This document shows, piece after piece, positions 35,524 through 47,032 of a stretch of 64,000 bases of DNA. Below the pieces are notes generated by a model. It saw nothing but the letters and a program-made list of their open reading frames with translations, was not told the origin of the DNA and did not search any database. Made by a program: the position numbers and the translations under genes. Numbering within the stretch: position 1 is the first letter of the stretch; every line of letters starts with the position of its first letter. This DNA comes from a bacterium (GTDB lineage: Bacteria; SM23-31). The DNA lies in the NCBI GenBank assembly GCA_965221205.1, contig OZ244870.1, positions 1,763,241 to 1,827,240 of the forward strand, read 5' to 3'.

Positions 35524-36426
35524 ATGTTTACAACCTTGTCTTTATCGTGTCATTCACAATTGATTAAAATACTGCCGCTTGTGCTCTGTTTTTGTGTGTT
35601 TTTGTCATGCGGTTCCGGTTCGGAACTGATAAATAGGATTGCTATCATTCCTGATCAACGGAAAATAATGGCGGTATTAACCGGGAACTCGGAAATCAGA
35701 GAAGGGATGAAACTTGTCGATAGATTTGAAGAAAGCAACAGAGAGGAAGTCAGGGATTATCTTTTTTCAATGCTTCAAATATTGGACTTGAAACCGGAGA
35801 GACACCGGTACTCTGATAAGGGAGAAAATATTTATGGGACGATACCAGCGACCATTACAAGTAGCGAATACGTTGTTCTTGGGGCGCATTTCGATTCTGT
35901 AGAGGAGAGTCCGGGAGCAAATGATAATGCATCGGGAACGGTTCTGATATTCAACGCAGTACGATATATCGCAGAGTTGAACATCCGTACGAAGCATGTC
36001 ATTGTTGTATTTTTTGATGAAGAAGAGCGGGGACTTGTCGGCAGCAGGCACTTTGCGGAAAAATTAGTTGAAGAAGGTAAGACTATTCACTCTGTCCATA
36101 CTGCTGACCAGGTGGGTTGGGATAGTGATGGCGATAGAGGAATAGAACTGGAGTTGCCATACGACGGTATTGTAGATCTCTACCGGGATGTTGCGCGCTC
36201 TGAAGGTTTAGATATTCCTATTCACATTACCGATACATCTTCTACGGATCATTCATCATTCCGCAGTGTGGGATTTAACGCTGTCGGTATTACCGAGGAA
36301 TATGTGAACGATGATACGACACCATATTACCACGAACCAAGCGACGTCTATGGTACAATAGATTTTGAGTACTTAGAAGCGGTAACGCTTCTTTTTGCTA
36401 AAGTGATTGAGAGGATTATTGACTAG
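35524..36426 (+). CDS. M28 family aminopeptidase (lipoprotein)
   Basis: LGAHFD, GANDNASG, FDEEERGLVGS, STDH, YHEPSD. Confidence 0.92.
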   Translation: MFTTLSLSCHSQLIKILPLVLCFCVFLSCGSGSELINRIAIIPDQRKIMAVLTGNSEIREGMKLVDRFEESNREEVRDYLFSMLQILDLKPERHRYSDKGENIYGTIPATITSSEYVVLGAHFDSVEESPGANDNASGTVLIFNAVRYIAELNIRTKHVIVVFFDEEERGLVGSRHFAEKLVEEGKTIHSVHTADQVGWDSDGDRGIELELPYDGIVDLYRDVARSEGLDIPIHITDTSSTDHSSFRSVGFNAVGITEEYVNDDTTPYYHEPSDVYGTIDFEYLEAVTLLFAKVIERIID

Positions 36427-36597
36427 AATTTGCAGAACGTTCTGCTGTAATCAATGGTTCTAAACCATAGTATTCTTAAAAGAATTTAGATCATTATCAA
36501 AGTAATGGGAATTATATACCGGTGGTGAGCAAGATACATATATTGCGTCATTTCGGCAAGGAGATTGATATATTCGGTTTTGAAATTTCACATAACA

Positions 36598-36623
36598 AAG
36601 AGTCCCGTAAATGCGGGACTCTT
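36598..36623. terminator. Hairpin between convergent genes
   Basis: aagagtcccg...cgggactctt, 10-bp stem. Confidence 0.7.
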
Positions 36624-36674
36624 AAACTCGTTTAGATGACAAGGAGCTTTAGTATGAAAACACAAGACAGTTAA

Positions 36675-39600
36675 TTATTTAATAAACGTCATCCGTTTTA
36701 TATCGGTAAACGTTCCCGCTTGAAGCTTCATAACGTAAAGACCTGATGACACTAACTGCCCAGTATTGTTCTTCCCATCCCATATAATTGAATTCTCACC
36801 AGCGGGCATGGTCGTATCAATGAGATGTCTCACTTCCTGACCGAGAGCGTTATATATCTTCAAAGAGACGTGTACAGGACGCGGCAGATTGAATTGGATT
36901 GTCGTTGTCGGATTAAATGGATTAGGATAGTTCTGTTCCAAAATGAAATTATCTGGAATAGGTAACTCTTCATCTTCAATACTATCAACACTGGTAATCA
37001 GCTCTTCAGTATTGCTCGCAATTGCCCAAAGAGCAAAGTGACCGGTCGTCACCGTTATTGTGTTATTATCCGTATCGACGGTGCTTGGAAGCACATGCCA
37101 GATAAATCCACGTGCATCGAGTGAATCGTATACGCTCACGACAAGACTGTCTTCACTAAGGCTCAATCCTGTCACTGTTTCCTCATTATATCCAAACGTT
37201 AACTCTGCTTCACTATTGTGCACGTCGAGGTTTATGTCAATATAATGCACGGCATTTGTGAACGCAGGCACCGTTGGAAATTCAGTCGAAATTTTCGAAG
37301 TCGAGACCTGCTTGACCGAAATGATCTGATCTGCGACTTCGCCGCCTGTAAAGGCAATCGACAGTGAAACACTATTCGAAAAATCCAGTGATATGCTCGA
37401 TCTATCCGCCGGGATAGGTATATCGTTCTGTATATCGGGATCGGCCATGACAACCACATCTTTTGCGATGACCGCAATCGATGTAGTGAGTGTGTCAGCC
37501 GCCCCATCTGTATTTTCTGCACTGATCGAAACGGCAATATCAGACCTGACATCGGAAACACCGGGAGTCCCTCCGACAGCACCGTTCTCACCGACCGTCA
37601 TCCAGTCGGGGCCCGAAACTTTTGCAAAGGTAATAATATCGTCTGCGTCCGGATCGGTCGCTTTCACTGTGTCGTCATACGCAACGCCTTCGGTCGCATC
37701 GGCAAGCGATACTGTTGTGATGACCGGCGCATCGTTGACGTCCGTGACCTCGATGGTCACGTTGATGCTGTCCGTGCCGCCGCTGCCGTCGGAGACCGTG
37801 ACCGTCACCGAGTAGGAAGATTTCGTCTCGAAGTTCAGCGCGGCGTTGGTCTGGAGCTGGCCGCTGGTCGAGACGATGTCGAAGGACGCTGCGTTCGTCC
37901 CGTCCAGACTGTAGGTCAGCGTGTCGTCAGTGTCCGTGTCCGTCGCGGCGATGGCGGTGCCGATGTTCTGGCCCGAGGCCGTGTTCTCGGCCACGCTGCG
38001 CGTGATGCTGGTTCCATCAGTGAAGGTTGGGACGTTGTTAGTCGGCGGGCTCGTGCTTCTGCTGAAGGAGAGGGCGTCGTTGCCCACCGCGTCCCGGATC
38101 GGATGGGCTGCCGGCACCGTATAGGCCACCGTGACCGTCTCGCCGCTCGCCGCTGCCGAAGCCAGCGTCAGCGTCACTGTCATCCCGCTCACGTGCACCT
38201 GCGACACCGTGCGCTCCGCTCCCGCGACCATCACCGTGAAGGCGTCTCTTTGCGGCGTCGAGTCCTCGTTGAGCGTCTCGTCGTAGGTCAGCACCACTCT
38301 TCGGGCGCCATTCACCGTCCACTCCCGGAGGATCGGCTTGACGCCGTCGACCTTGTGGCCCTTCCATTTCCCGGCGTAGGGGTAGTCGAGTACGGCGTCG
38401 TTGCCGGTTGAATCCCGAATGCTGCCGCCGTTGAGCCGCACGGAGTGGGCTTCGGTGCTCACGCCGTCCATGTCCAGGTCCCCGTCGACGACCGTGTACA
38501 CGAACTGAGGGCTCTCGCCGTAAGCCAGAACATCCGGCATTTTGCCCGTGTACACGGCCTCTTTCTTGTCGTTCCCCAAAATGAACTCGATGTACGGTGT
38601 CCCCGACACCTTCACCTTCTCGGTCAACAACAGGAGAAACTCAATGGGCGCACTCGGGCTATCCGGCACGTGCGTATGGACAATTTCGCCAGCGTTATTT
38701 CGAGCGCTATTTATGGCGACACTTAGGATGGTCGGCGCCACGCCGTCCACCTTGTGCGCCGCGTCGGTGGCGGCCCCCGTATGCGTGAGCCCCGCCTGCG
38801 TCGTCTCGCCCTGCTTCACGATCGTGCCGCCGTTGAGCGCCAGGCTCCCCGCCGGAATACTCAGCCCCTCGGCGTCCTCGTGGCCGCTCGCCACCTGGTA
38901 GCGAAACACCAGCGCCGTCGTGCCGCTGCCACTCGCGTACGCCGCGTCGGTGGCGGCGTCGCTCAGGGCGCCCACCAGCAGGCGGATCGTCGGGACCCCG
39001 CTCACCGTCACCGCCATGTTCCAGGTCACCGTGACCTCGACTTGGTCGTCCGCCTTGAAGAAGCCGTTCTGGCCCGCCGCCGGGCTGTTGCTGAACGCCA
39101 CCGAGATGATCGCCGGCTCGTTGTTGGGGGTGAGCGTCACCGGGCTGCCCACCGCGGTCGCAATGCCGACTAGTCGCAGGGCACCACCACTACCCTCAGA
39201 CACGGTCGTCGGCACCTATGGCGCCATGCCCAAGGTGACCGTCGCGCCCTCCCCGGAGGAGGTCACCGTGATCTCCTCGCTTGTCGTGTGGCCTGCCGGG
39301 ACCGTGACCGAAGACACGCCGGCCGGCAGGGTCCCTCCCGCCACCCTGATCGTGGTGGTCATGGCGAAGGGCGCGCCCTCGGCAACCTTGACCACCACTT
39401 TGTTCGCGGAGACCTGTTCCGGAATCATGGTGAACGTGAAGTCCGCGCTTGGATTCATATGCAGCCGCAAGCGCGACAAGCGGGTGAGCCCAGCGAACAC
39501 TCCCGCCGGCAACGTAACCAACTCGTTTTCGCTCAGATCCAGACTGATGAGGTTGGTGAGACCGGCGAACACCCCCGCCGGAAGTGCAGCCAAGTCATTC

Positions 39601-40028
39601 CCCTCCAGACCCAGAAATATCAGGTTGAGGCCAGCGAACACCCGTGCCGGCAACGTATCCAACTGGTTGTACTCCAAATCCAGCACCTCTAAGTTGTCGA
39701 GGCCGGCGAACACCCCCACCGGTACCGTACGCAACAGGTTCCCCAACAAGCTCAGGCCCTTCAGGCTGGTGAGCCCTGAGAAATCGTCGGCTTTCAGGAC
39801 TGAGATGCCCTTGTCCGTTAGGTCAAGATCCTCAATCGCGGCCAGATGGTCTGCCGTCACATCGCCGCAAGCACTGACCGAAGCGGCCGCCACAATCGCG
39901 TCGCGCACTTGCCCGGTGCGGTCGCAGACTCCCTGCGCCTGCGCTTGCACCGGTGCTGTAGAGAACCAAAAGAAGCCAAGCAATAAGGACCATGAAAAGA
40001 TTGCAAATAGAACTTGTCGATTAGACAT
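36675..40028 (-). pseudogene. Large surface protein (LRR + Ig/SwmB-like + cadherin + C-terminal sorting domain) interrupted by a single in-frame TAG
   Basis: Signal peptide, LPAGVFAGL LRRs, VVLTYDETL SwmB-like repeat, cadherin (SVAENT...LNFE...DVNDAP), LEQNYPNPFNP...IIWDGKN; ORFs abut across TAG 39216-39218. Confidence 0.85.
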
Positions 40029-40251
40029 AATGGAGGTTCTTCATTTAGTATATATTTCCAATATCAATTTTCAATATAATGTATATAAAACCACAGTATT
40101 AAGGTATATATACGATTTTTACAAGTGTTTTCTGTTCCTCAATCAAGCATTTTCGAAATCTTATCGCGTGAGTAAATTCTATTATAATAAATCTATAATA
40201 AATCCAAATAGCATGTCAAATCCAATAATGACTCGGGACTCGGGGAGTTAC

Positions 40252-41943
40252 TTATGAATTTTTCCCAGAAATGATTGGATGCAAAAGCAGTGCAAGGATA
40301 ATGAGCATTACACAGCCTATCATGTTGTACCAGAGGTAGGGGATCTCGGTGAAGAAAAAACAGGCCAAAACTACCAATTCTGCAATGATTGCCGCAATGA
40401 AGGTTGCGGTACCGCCAATCGATTTAAAGTAGAACGCCACAAGAAATATTCCGAGAATTGTACCGTAAAAAAGAGAGCCGAGTATGTTAACGGCTTCGAT
40501 CAATGAACCGAGACGATTGGCAAACAGTGCAAAACTAATAGCATAAATCCCCCAAAAAATCGTAGTGAGTTTCGATGCTATGAGATAGTGACGATCAGAT
40601 GCATCTTTTTTGATCATCCTTTTATAAATATCTATGACCGTTGTCGATGCCAGAGCGTTAAGTTCCGCAGATGTTGAAGACATTGATGCCGATAAAATTG
40701 CAGCGAGTACAAGTCCGATGAGTCCCACCGGCAGGAAGTTGATAACAAAGGTCAAAAACACATAATTCGTATCATTGGTATCTGCTTCGGGGTTAGCTTC
40801 CGATATAAGCTGTGTTGCTTCGTTTCTGATACTTAGTTCTGCATTCCGCGATGAAGTGATCTCATTGACAGCAGATTCTACTTCAGATTCACTGCCAGAA
40901 TCAACGGCAGCTAACATATCCCGGATTTGTTGTTGCTTTTCGGTGTGAATCTGTTTGTATTCACTTTCCAACATCCGGTATTCAGCTGAATAGGAACTCG
41001 ATTTAACAGTATCGGTCTCAACTGAGTTGAAAAAGAGAGGAGGAACGGCAAATTGATAAAATACGAACACCATTGCCCCGATAAATAATATTGCAAACTG
41101 CATGGGAACTTTCACGAGTCCGTTGACGAGAAGTCCCATCCGGCTCTGTGCAATTGAGCTGCCCGAGAGATACCGCTGCACTTGTGACTGGTCTGTTCCA
41201 AAGTAGGAGAGAGCGAGAAACGTGCCGCCGATGATGCCCGACCAGAAATTGTACCTATTCCTCCAGTCAAAATCAAACGTAATCGCATTGAGTTTCCCCA
41301 TTTTTCCAGCTACATGAGCAGCGTCAAAAAATGAAATGTCGGACGGAAGGAGGCGGAATATCATGAAACATGCAGCAAACATACCAACAAAAATAATCGT
41401 CATTTGAAGTAAATGTGTCTTGTTGACTGCATCGGTGCCGCCGACGGTTGTATAAAGGATTACAAGAATCCCGATGATGAATATTGTGAGACTTAAATTC
41501 CACCCGAGAAGTACAGACAAAATCAATGCCGGGGCAAATATCGTAAATCCTGCCGCCAAGCCACGCTGTGTTAAAAACAGAATGCTACCGAGCGCACGGT
41601 TCTTGAGGTCGAACCGCCGTTCAAGATATTCATATGCAGTAAAAACATTCAACTTATGGAACAGAGGAACGGCAGTGACGGAGAGGATGACCATCGCAAT
41701 CGGAAGGCCTAAATAGAACTGAACAAACCGCATACCGTCTACAAATGCCTGGCCGGGTGTTGAGAGGAATGTAATAGCGCTTGCCTGCGTGGCCATAATC
41801 GATAGCGTTACTGTATACCAGGGTGTGGATCTATTCGCCAGCAGGAATTCTTTAATATTTTTTTTCCCACGAGTTTTCCAAATTCCGTAAACAACAACAA
41901 ATGTCAGGAATGAACTCAGCACGATCCAATCAGTTATACTCAT
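40252..41943 (-). CDS. Sodium:solute symporter (SSS)
   Basis: SIMATQASAITF, TAYEYLERRFD, GTDQSQVQRYL, AAILSASMSS. Confidence 0.95.
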   Translation of the reverse strand: MSITDWIVLSSFLTFVVVYGIWKTRGKKNIKEFLLANRSTPWYTVTLSIMATQASAITFLSTPGQAFVDGMRFVQFYLGLPIAMVILSVTAVPLFHKLNVFTAYEYLERRFDLKNRALGSILFLTQRGLAAGFTIFAPALILSVLLGWNLSLTIFIIGILVILYTTVGGTDAVNKTHLLQMTIIFVGMFAACFMIFRLLPSDISFFDAAHVAGKMGKLNAITFDFDWRNRYNFWSGIIGGTFLALSYFGTDQSQVQRYLSGSSIAQSRMGLLVNGLVKVPMQFAILFIGAMVFVFYQFAVPPLFFNSVETDTVKSSSYSAEYRMLESEYKQIHTEKQQQIRDMLAAVDSGSESEVESAVNEITSSRNAELSIRNEATQLISEANPEADTNDTNYVFLTFVINFLPVGLIGLVLAAILSASMSSTSAELNALASTTVIDIYKRMIKKDASDRHYLIASKLTTIFWGIYAISFALFANRLGSLIEAVNILGSLFYGTILGIFLVAFYFKSIGGTATFIAAIIAELVVLACFFFTEIPYLWYNMIGCVMLIILALLLHPIISGKNS

Positions 41944-42005
41944 CTATACGACCGCTTTAGAGCTATGTTGAACTTCATCATGTGTTGGATGTAAGACACA
42001 ATTCA

Positions 42006-42152
42006 CTATTTAAATGTCTGAGTAAATAGATAAAAGAGTATTATTAGGGCCGCCAGATTGAGGAGAACAAGTGAATATAGTTTCCTCCATGACGAAAGAA
42101 TGGGTGGTTTTTCCCCATTTGTTTCGGTGTGCTTTGTACTATCAGTTGCCAC
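42006..42152 (-). CDS. 48-aa single-TM protein between deacetylase and SSS (absent from the ORF track)
   Basis: GTG-start MATDSTKHTETNGEKPPILSSWRKLYSLVLLNLAALIILFYLFTQTFK*, overlapping the deacetylase stop. Confidence 0.75.
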   Translation of the reverse strand: MATDSTKHTETNGEKPPILSSWRKLYSLVLLNLAALIILFYLFTQTFK

Positions 42153-44631
42153 TGTATTTCCCTGCTGAAATTAAATTTGCAAAGAGCCGGTATGCTCCGG
42201 GAACACCTGCCGGAAGTTCTCTGAACCACGATATCCCGGTATAGATAAAAACACCTTTTCCATAACGTGTGAAAATGAGGCTGCCCTCTTTGTTCGATTC
42301 GTTCGGGTCGTGGCTCGAAAAAATTGTTTCATATTTATTGTCCCACTGTGTCGCAAAATAGAGCCCTCGCTCTTGAACCCATCCTTCAAAATCTCTATTC
42401 GTGATCTTGTTCGGATAATTCAGAAGTTGATGGCCCGGTTTAAGAAATGATACCGGTGCTGTTTCGACACTCACCCGGTCACGTCCGATCGTGAATGGGT
42501 AGGGTCCAATTTGTTTTGTGCTCAGATCAGATGCTACATTGTATTGTACAATAAACGTTCCGCCATTTTTCACGTAATCGATAAGCCGCGGCTGAGCAAA
42601 CTGCAGCCGTTTCCGAGTGTTGTACGCCCGGACACCGGTAATGATCGCATCAAACTGTGATAAATCTCCATTTTCCAGCATGTCGTCGTTCATAAGTACA
42701 ACATCATATCCCAGATTCCGCAGTCCATCCGGCACCTCATCTCCGGCGCCCATAATGTAACCAATCGTATCGTCATGTTTCGTAATGTCGAGGTTGACCA
42801 TTTTAATATTGTTCTCTGGAAACAGAATTTGATGGGTTATATGCGGATAAGAAATCTCAACAAGGGATTGTGTATAGTGTTCACCGTTCACTTCGACTTC
42901 GGTTGTGAAAACTGCTTCATCCGAATCGGGAGGTGGTGTCACGGTGAATGTTACTAATTCTTCGTCAAATGTTTGAGAAAGTGAAAAAGAGATTGAAGCG
43001 GGATTTATTTTCCAATTATTCGGCCCTTTTAGACTAATTATACCGGAAATGTCTGGCGAATGTCCTTTGAGGCTGACTGCAATTTCTTTTGGCTGATTGT
43101 TCGTAAAAACGGTTACCTTATCTTCAAAATTAGCTGTGATCAATGGTCTTACTTCAAAAGGGCGGTACAATTCACCGGCAACACTGTCTTCCCAACGATA
43201 CAGGAGTGGTACCGTGAATTGTAAACGGATATCGTTACTGCTAACAGTAACAAATGCTTGAATAGCCGCCGGGTTTTCTGCAATTCCGATCAGATTCTGA
43301 TCTGCAATGGTGAACGTGCCCTTACCCTGCTCCTCGTGCAGCCAGTATGGCTGGGATGTTGGATATGTATTGGGAATATGGAGTGTTTTGTCTAATGATA
43401 CCGGATCGTTGTTGCTCAACGTCATATTCAGATTTGATTCTGAATAAATCCCCGAAAATTCAATTTTCTCAAGTTCAAAAGGATGATTTGACCTGTTAAT
43501 GAGTGTCGTGCGGACTGGAATGCGACTCCCCGGTGCTCCTGCGTAACTATCCGCAATAGCTTCAATCCAGAGACCGGCACTTGTTCGAATGGCTCGTAGT
43601 AACTCTTTTTGTTTTGTCTCGGTCCAATTAATCTTTTCCAACGCGTTGAGTTTATTATATGCTTCAATGAGATATGGTGTCGATAATGCGGGATTGCGTG
43701 GATCGAACGAATTAAGGGTGTTCTCGATTATAGCGCCAACAGATTTCCCGCCGGGGATTCTGTTCCACGAGATATCGATCTCATCAAATATATTGGATGA
43801 AAATGGCTCGCCATCGATAAGATTAAAAAACTCATATTCGTTTCCCCGGTCGGCAGTAGAACCGAATCCCTGACTCTTGTGCATGGAACGGCTTTCAGCG
43901 GCAATTTCCGAGAACGATTTTCCGAGGAGCGGTTCATATTCCCCGATATTAATTTTTGCAGCACTTTTGAGTTCATCCTGACTCATCCGCCAACTGTTCC
44001 ATACGATTCTTTTTGCCTGCCATGGCTGAATATGCCGAAGCTGCTCGGGGAATTGTAATGGGTCGGCAGCAGCCTTGAAAGCTTCTATAGCAAGAGTCCC
44101 TGTGGCAGTATGGTGACCGTGCCCCGCAGACCTTCCGGGCGGAAAGCGGGTTACAATGACATCCGGCTGGAATTTACGGATAACCCAGACTACATCCGAG
44201 AGAATTGTCTCTTTACCCCAGAATTCAAAGGTTTCATCCGGAGTTTTTGAATAGCCGAAGTCAATTGCACTGGTAAAGAACTGTTCGGCACCGTCAATTT
44301 TTCGTGCTTCCAGCAACTCTTGTGTGCGGATGATACCTATCTCAGCCCCTTTTTCGGAGCCAATCAGGTTTTGTCCGCCGTCTCCACGCGTCATAGCAAG
44401 ATACGCGGTCCGGTATTTTCCGGATTTGGCAAAATGGGCAAGAGCGGCTGTATTCTCGTCATCCGGGTGTGCGGCGATCATCAGAACACTACCAAGCACG
44501 TTGAGTTTTTGCAGCGCAATATGCAATTCACCCGGATCAAAATTCGTTTCCTGCTGAGCATTTATGTTACTTTGCAGGAGCACAACAAGGAGCAGTGCAA
44601 GTGTAAGAGCAGATTTAAAGGACCTGTACAT
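42142..44631 (-). CDS. PIG-L/LmbE family deacetylase with C-terminal GATase-like domain
   Basis: AAHPDDE, TRGDGGQN, RTQEL, DFGYSK, HGHH, GWVQERGLYF; signal peptide from 44631. Confidence 0.92.
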   Translation of the reverse strand: MYRSFKSALTLALLLVVLLQSNINAQQETNFDPGELHIALQKLNVLGSVLMIAAHPDDENTAALAHFAKSGKYRTAYLAMTRGDGGQNLIGSEKGAEIGIIRTQELLEARKIDGAEQFFTSAIDFGYSKTPDETFEFWGKETILSDVVWVIRKFQPDVIVTRFPPGRSAGHGHHTATGTLAIEAFKAAADPLQFPEQLRHIQPWQAKRIVWNSWRMSQDELKSAAKINIGEYEPLLGKSFSEIAAESRSMHKSQGFGSTADRGNEYEFFNLIDGEPFSSNIFDEIDISWNRIPGGKSVGAIIENTLNSFDPRNPALSTPYLIEAYNKLNALEKINWTETKQKELLRAIRTSAGLWIEAIADSYAGAPGSRIPVRTTLINRSNHPFELEKIEFSGIYSESNLNMTLSNNDPVSLDKTLHIPNTYPTSQPYWLHEEQGKGTFTIADQNLIGIAENPAAIQAFVTVSSNDIRLQFTVPLLYRWEDSVAGELYRPFEVRPLITANFEDKVTVFTNNQPKEIAVSLKGHSPDISGIISLKGPNNWKINPASISFSLSQTFDEELVTFTVTPPPDSDEAVFTTEVEVNGEHYTQSLVEISYPHITHQILFPENNIKMVNLDITKHDDTIGYIMGAGDEVPDGLRNLGYDVVLMNDDMLENGDLSQFDAIITGVRAYNTRKRLQFAQPRLIDYVKNGGTFIVQYNVASDLSTKQIGPYPFTIGRDRVSVETAPVSFLKPGHQLLNYPNKITNRDFEGWVQERGLYFATQWDNKYETIFSSHDPNESNKEGSLIFTRYGKGVFIYTGISWFRELPAGVPGAYRLFANLISAGKYSGN

Positions 44632-44723
44632 AGCTTTCGAGACTCCTGATAAATTATCTATGCGATAACCTGAGAAACGACCATTCAAAACAGTATAATT
44701 GTGCAAGGCTAATTAAGCACGTA

Positions 44724-45308
44724 CTAATTACTCAATCTGATTGAAAACGGAATTTTAAGCTTTTCCCAATGGACGTATGCAGTTGCAGAATTCCCATCCA
44801 GGTCCTCAAACCTGAAGACAAGCCATTCCTGGTGCGGAGCCTGTTCTGCGGTCACCGTGACTCTGAGCGCGTCATTTTTCTGATCATAACTGTAACTGCC
44901 CCATTCGGCGTTTTTCTTGCTGAATATAATAGTCCAGTCGCCCTGTGCAGGAATCATATGAATACCGTATTTACCTTTTGGTAACCGTTTTCCCTCAATC
45001 ATAATATCACTGGTGAATTCGATTGTTGTATTTTCATTTGCTCCTGCACGCCACGGAAATGGATTTCCATTCGAATACTGGTTGCCTTCTTCTAGACCGT
45101 ATGGAACAAGGTCCCCCCAGATTTTCCTTCCTTTAACGCCCGGCCTGCTGTATTCGATAGTAATATCGGTATCAACCCCGATACGTTGGCTCACACTAGC
45201 AGCAAGGCTTGCACGGACTTCATCTTCCTGCGCTGAAGCAGAGGTAGGAAGGTTAAACAAAAACGTACAAAGCATGAAAAAGCTGAAAATAAAATACATG
45301 CGTTTCAT
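44724..45308 (-). CDS. DUF2911 family exported protein
   Basis: IEYSRPGVKGRKIWG.LVPYG, WRAGANENTTI, WGSYSY. Confidence 0.88.
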   Translation of the reverse strand: MKRMYFIFSFFMLCTFLFNLPTSASAQEDEVRASLAASVSQRIGVDTDITIEYSRPGVKGRKIWGDLVPYGLEEGNQYSNGNPFPWRAGANENTTIEFTSDIMIEGKRLPKGKYGIHMIPAQGDWTIIFSKKNAEWGSYSYDQKNDALRVTVTAEQAPHQEWLVFRFEDLDGNSATAYVHWEKLKIPFSIRLSN

Positions 45309-45672
45309 AACGGAATCCTTTAATATGATTTATAGATACGTATTGGTTGGTATGTGATAATGCTCACAAGAATTTAGACGATAATCTTGAATTGTCAAGG
45401 CAAAAGAGTTAAAAAATGGAAAATCAGTCTACATTTATAACGCTATCTGATTACAATTTATTGCTCAGAACATATAATACCATCCACCGGACATTTTATT
45501 CAAATAGTATCCGAGGTGAATTGACTTATAATAGTGGTGACTTTCAAGAAATCATAATAACAAACAGATTTTTTATGAAAAAGTGCCCGGATGTAATGAT
45601 AGCAGATTAGAATGCTGTCTTTCGTTGCAGTCAGAATATTACCTGTGCGTGAAAAACTCATTGAAACAAATA

Positions 45673-45704
45673 AAAAGCATTCACGCTAAATCGTGAGTGC
45701 TTTT
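45673..45704. terminator. Bidirectional terminator-like hairpin
   Basis: aaaagcattcacg-ctaaat-cgtgagtgctttt. Confidence 0.7.
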
Positions 45705-46261
45705 GTGTTGTGAAGTAAATTCGTGTTCTATTCAACAACTCATGATGTTGCATCACCTGTCGGCCGCCGCCTGATCTTCCTATTCCGCTGCCGGGCATAC
45801 GGCCTCCCATACCTCCGCAGGGATCTGCCTCCTCGAACTCCGGGACGTCCACCGCCGCCACCCATTGGCCGCTGACCAGATCTTCTTCCCAATGATGCTT
45901 GCGACATTCCCATTGCAAGCCCCAGGCTAATGTCGGATCCTTCTGATATGTCTAATGCAAAAAGGATACTCCTATCCTGCCGGAGGGGGATCATTAATTC
46001 AAATGTAAACCGCCCAAACTTGGATTTAAACGCCCCTATAGGAGTAAAATCGCTTGCTTCAGGTTGTTATCCTTCTCACAATACAAATACCAGTAATGCG
46101 GTTTTGAATTCGTTCTTCAAACATACCTCGCTGCTCGAGCGTTAACCGATCCACCTGCCCGGCTGTCCGGCTGTTTTTCCGGTCAATTTCAGGAACATAT
46201 TTTATCTCTTTCTTTATTCCTGTTATTATCGAGCAAGATTGTGATTCCATTCAGTCTGAAA

Positions 46262-46630
46262 TAACCGTGCCGATGGGATCCATGTGATTCCCACAACGCC
46301 CGGACTTATAAAAGCTCGAACAGACTTAGTACAGGCAACCGGAAAACTTCTTAAACTCCGGAACGCACGACAACCTTCCATCCAGACTACGACTATGTAC
46401 TAATCGATTGTCCTCCGAGTGTCGGGAAGACAGAAAACCAGACCAGCTCACAAAAAGGCCTTCCGGCAGGGTGGACGAGATTCGCCTATAGAGCCAGGGC
46501 AGACTATATTGAGAAGGTGAAAGCGCTGGCCTGCTGGGACCGGAGAGATATCAAAGAGGTTATGGACGAGGCTGTTGGATTATGTCTCAAAGGGAAAAAA
46601 GTAAAACCTATATCGATTAAGAAGAGGTGA
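46262..46630 (+). pseudogene. ParA/Soj fragment fused to a small RHH-like partner gene
   Basis: GIHVIPTT and DYDYVLIDCPPSVG run in frame into KGLPAGWTRFAYRARADYIEKVKALACWDRRDIKEVMDEAV. Confidence 0.7.
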
Positions 46631-46637
46631 GAAGACC

Positions 46638-46837
46638 ATGTCTACAAAAAAGAGGATATAAAAATCCTTACCCTCAAAGAGATTAACAAGCAATTGGGGG
46701 TTACCACTATTACTCTCAGACAATATATTAAGCAAGGAAAGCTCAGGGGACAAAAGTGGTGTGTTTCCGAGGAAAGCCTCAGGGGATTTTTTCGAGGGAA
46801 ACAGGGAAACAATGTTACGGGCACGAAGCAAACCTAA
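46638..46837 (+). pseudogene. Excisionase-type HTH, frameshifted in an A-run
   Basis: IKILTLKEINKQLGVTTITLRQYIKQGKLRGQKWCVSEESLRGFF, out of frame with ATG 46638. Confidence 0.7.
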
Positions 46838-46866
46838 CGAAGCAAACCTAAACGAAGCAAACCTAA
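46823..46866. repeat. Three tandem 14-15 bp repeats acgaagcaaaccta(a)
   Basis: Seen directly at 46823, 46837 and 46852. Confidence 0.95.
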
Positions 46867-47032
46867 ATGTACAGGAAATTCCAAGGAATCGGAAGTTGAA
46901 TTTTTCCTTGTTTTTAGTGTTTAGTGTATAGATATTATATACTTAATCCGTTGCCATCTACACACGCAATTAAAAAACTTTGGAGCACCGAGCGGCTGCG
47001 CTTCCTGCTCACGGACTCGTAACGGAGGTAAC

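Noticed and set aside
23143-39218. Stop-codon reassignment or pyrrolysine at TAG
   Set aside because: Intact genes terminate normally at TAG (nuoM, msrA) and TGA (nuoJ, ABC exporter), and no pyl genes are present here.
38920-40257. 445-aa plus-strand ORF and similar overlapping ORFs
   Set aside because: Antisense shadow of the high-GC adhesin; no recognisable motifs.
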